Of a stretch of DNA of 64,000 nt, positions 62,806 through 64,000 are shown one piece after another; the stretch's first letter is position 1; each line of letters opens with the position of its first letter. Made by a program: the position numbers and the translations under genes. This DNA comes from Okamejei kenojei. Its lineage: Eukaryota. The notes under the pieces were generated by a model. That model did not search any database. It was not told the DNA's origin and worked only from the letters and a program-made list of their open reading frames with translations. The stretch covers positions 1 to 64,000 of the forward strand of contig JAVHYY010000119.1 in the NCBI GenBank assembly GCA_035221665.1, written 5' to 3'.

Positions 62806-64000
62806 CTGATGTTGAAGCATATGTTTAGTTCAGATATACAGCGCAGAAACAGGCCCTTCGGCCCACCGACGTCCGTGCCGACCAGCGATCGCCCATTTCT
62901 CACCACACTAAGTTCTTGAAACATGGAACAATAGACAATAGGTTGCAGGAAGTAGGCCATTCTGCCTTCCAGCCAGCACGGCCATTCACTGTGATCATGG
63001 CTGACCATCCAGAATCAGTAACCCCGTTCCTGCTTTCTCCCCATTTCCCTTGATTCCGTTAGCCATAAGAGCTAAGGACTCGAAGAGTCGAATAGCCTAC
63101 TACTGCACCTATTGTCTATTGTCTAAATCTAACTCTCTCTTGAAAAATCCAGTGAATCAGCCTCCACTGCCTTCTGTGGCAGAGATTTTCACAGATTTAC
63201 AACTCTCTGGGTGGGAAATGTTTTTCCTCGTCTCAGTCCTAAATGGCCGACCCCTTTCGTAAATGTCCGAGGAGCTGAATTAGGCCCTTCGGCCCATCAA
63301 GTCTACTCCACCATTCATTCACGGCTGATCTATCTCTCCCTCCTAACCCCATTCTCCTGCCTTCTCCCCATAATCCCTGACACCTGCACTAATCAACAAT
63401 CTATCCATCTCTGCCTTAGATATATCCAATTACTTGTGGCCTCCACTGCCGTCTGTGGCAAAGAATCCCACAGATTCACCACCCTCTGGCTAAATAAATT
63501 CCGTTCATCCCCTTCCCAAATTCTTTAATTCCCTTTAATTCTGAAGCTGTACCTCTGGTCCTACTCTCCAACTCCACCCCTCCTTTTCTCCCTTCTCTCT
63601 CCTACCCCCTCTCTCTCCGTTAAGCCCTCTTTCCCTCCCCTCCCTCCCACCCCTTCAAAACCCCACACACCCACCTCCCTCCCCTCACCTGCTCCCTGAT
63701 ATTTCTCTTCACCCTCTCCCCATTACCCCGCCCACTCTCCACTCTCTCCCTCCGAGAGAGAGAGAGGGAGGGAGAGGGGGGGAATGGGGGAGAGGGGGGG
63801 AAAAGGGGGGGGGAAAGGGGGGGAGAGGGGGGGAGAGGGGGGGAGAGGGGGGAGAAGAGGGGGGGAGAGAGCGGAGGGGGGAGGAGCGGAGGGATGGGAG
63901 AAGTGCGAGAGGAGGACGGAGGAGAGAGGATTGAGAAGGGGACAGGAGAGGAGGAGAGAGATTGAAGGGGGAGGAGAGGAGAAGAGAGGGAGGAGGAGAA

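Larger units (their letters stand above)
46985..63730 (+). repeat. Segmental duplication copy B (direct orientation)
   Basis: Same element order as copy A. It has an extra segment at about 50620-55750 and a 2.8-kb Gypsy deletion. Confidence 0.9.

Overview
Repeat-rich vertebrate genomic DNA, most likely from a skate or ray (inferred from HE1/V-SINE-type SINEs and abundant CR1 LINEs), with four N gaps. Bases 161-23774 (minus strand) carry a spliced Siglec/CD22-like immunoglobulin gene. It has a leader exon and then V-C2-C2-V-C2-C2-C2-C2-C2, all phase-1 exons, and it continues off the left edge. Both V-set domains keep the Siglec sialic-acid-binding Arg. Four of the 3' exons carry 1-nt indels, so it is either a pseudogene or has consensus errors. 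An ISRE sits just upstream of a candidate first exon. The introns hold a nested Helitron > 72-bp minisatellite > full-length L1 stack, and a hAT MITE whose 8-bp TSD duplicates a splice donor. The right part is a segmental duplication (about 28540-43000 vs about 46985-63730). Each copy contains CR1, a Mag-like Gypsy element and two decayed PDE9-like exons; only the second copy also holds a full-length CR1 with a twin-priming-type 5' inversion. Between the copies lie a CpG-island promoter and a 124-nt PRDM9-type KRAB exon with a nonsense codon. The ORF track missed this exon.
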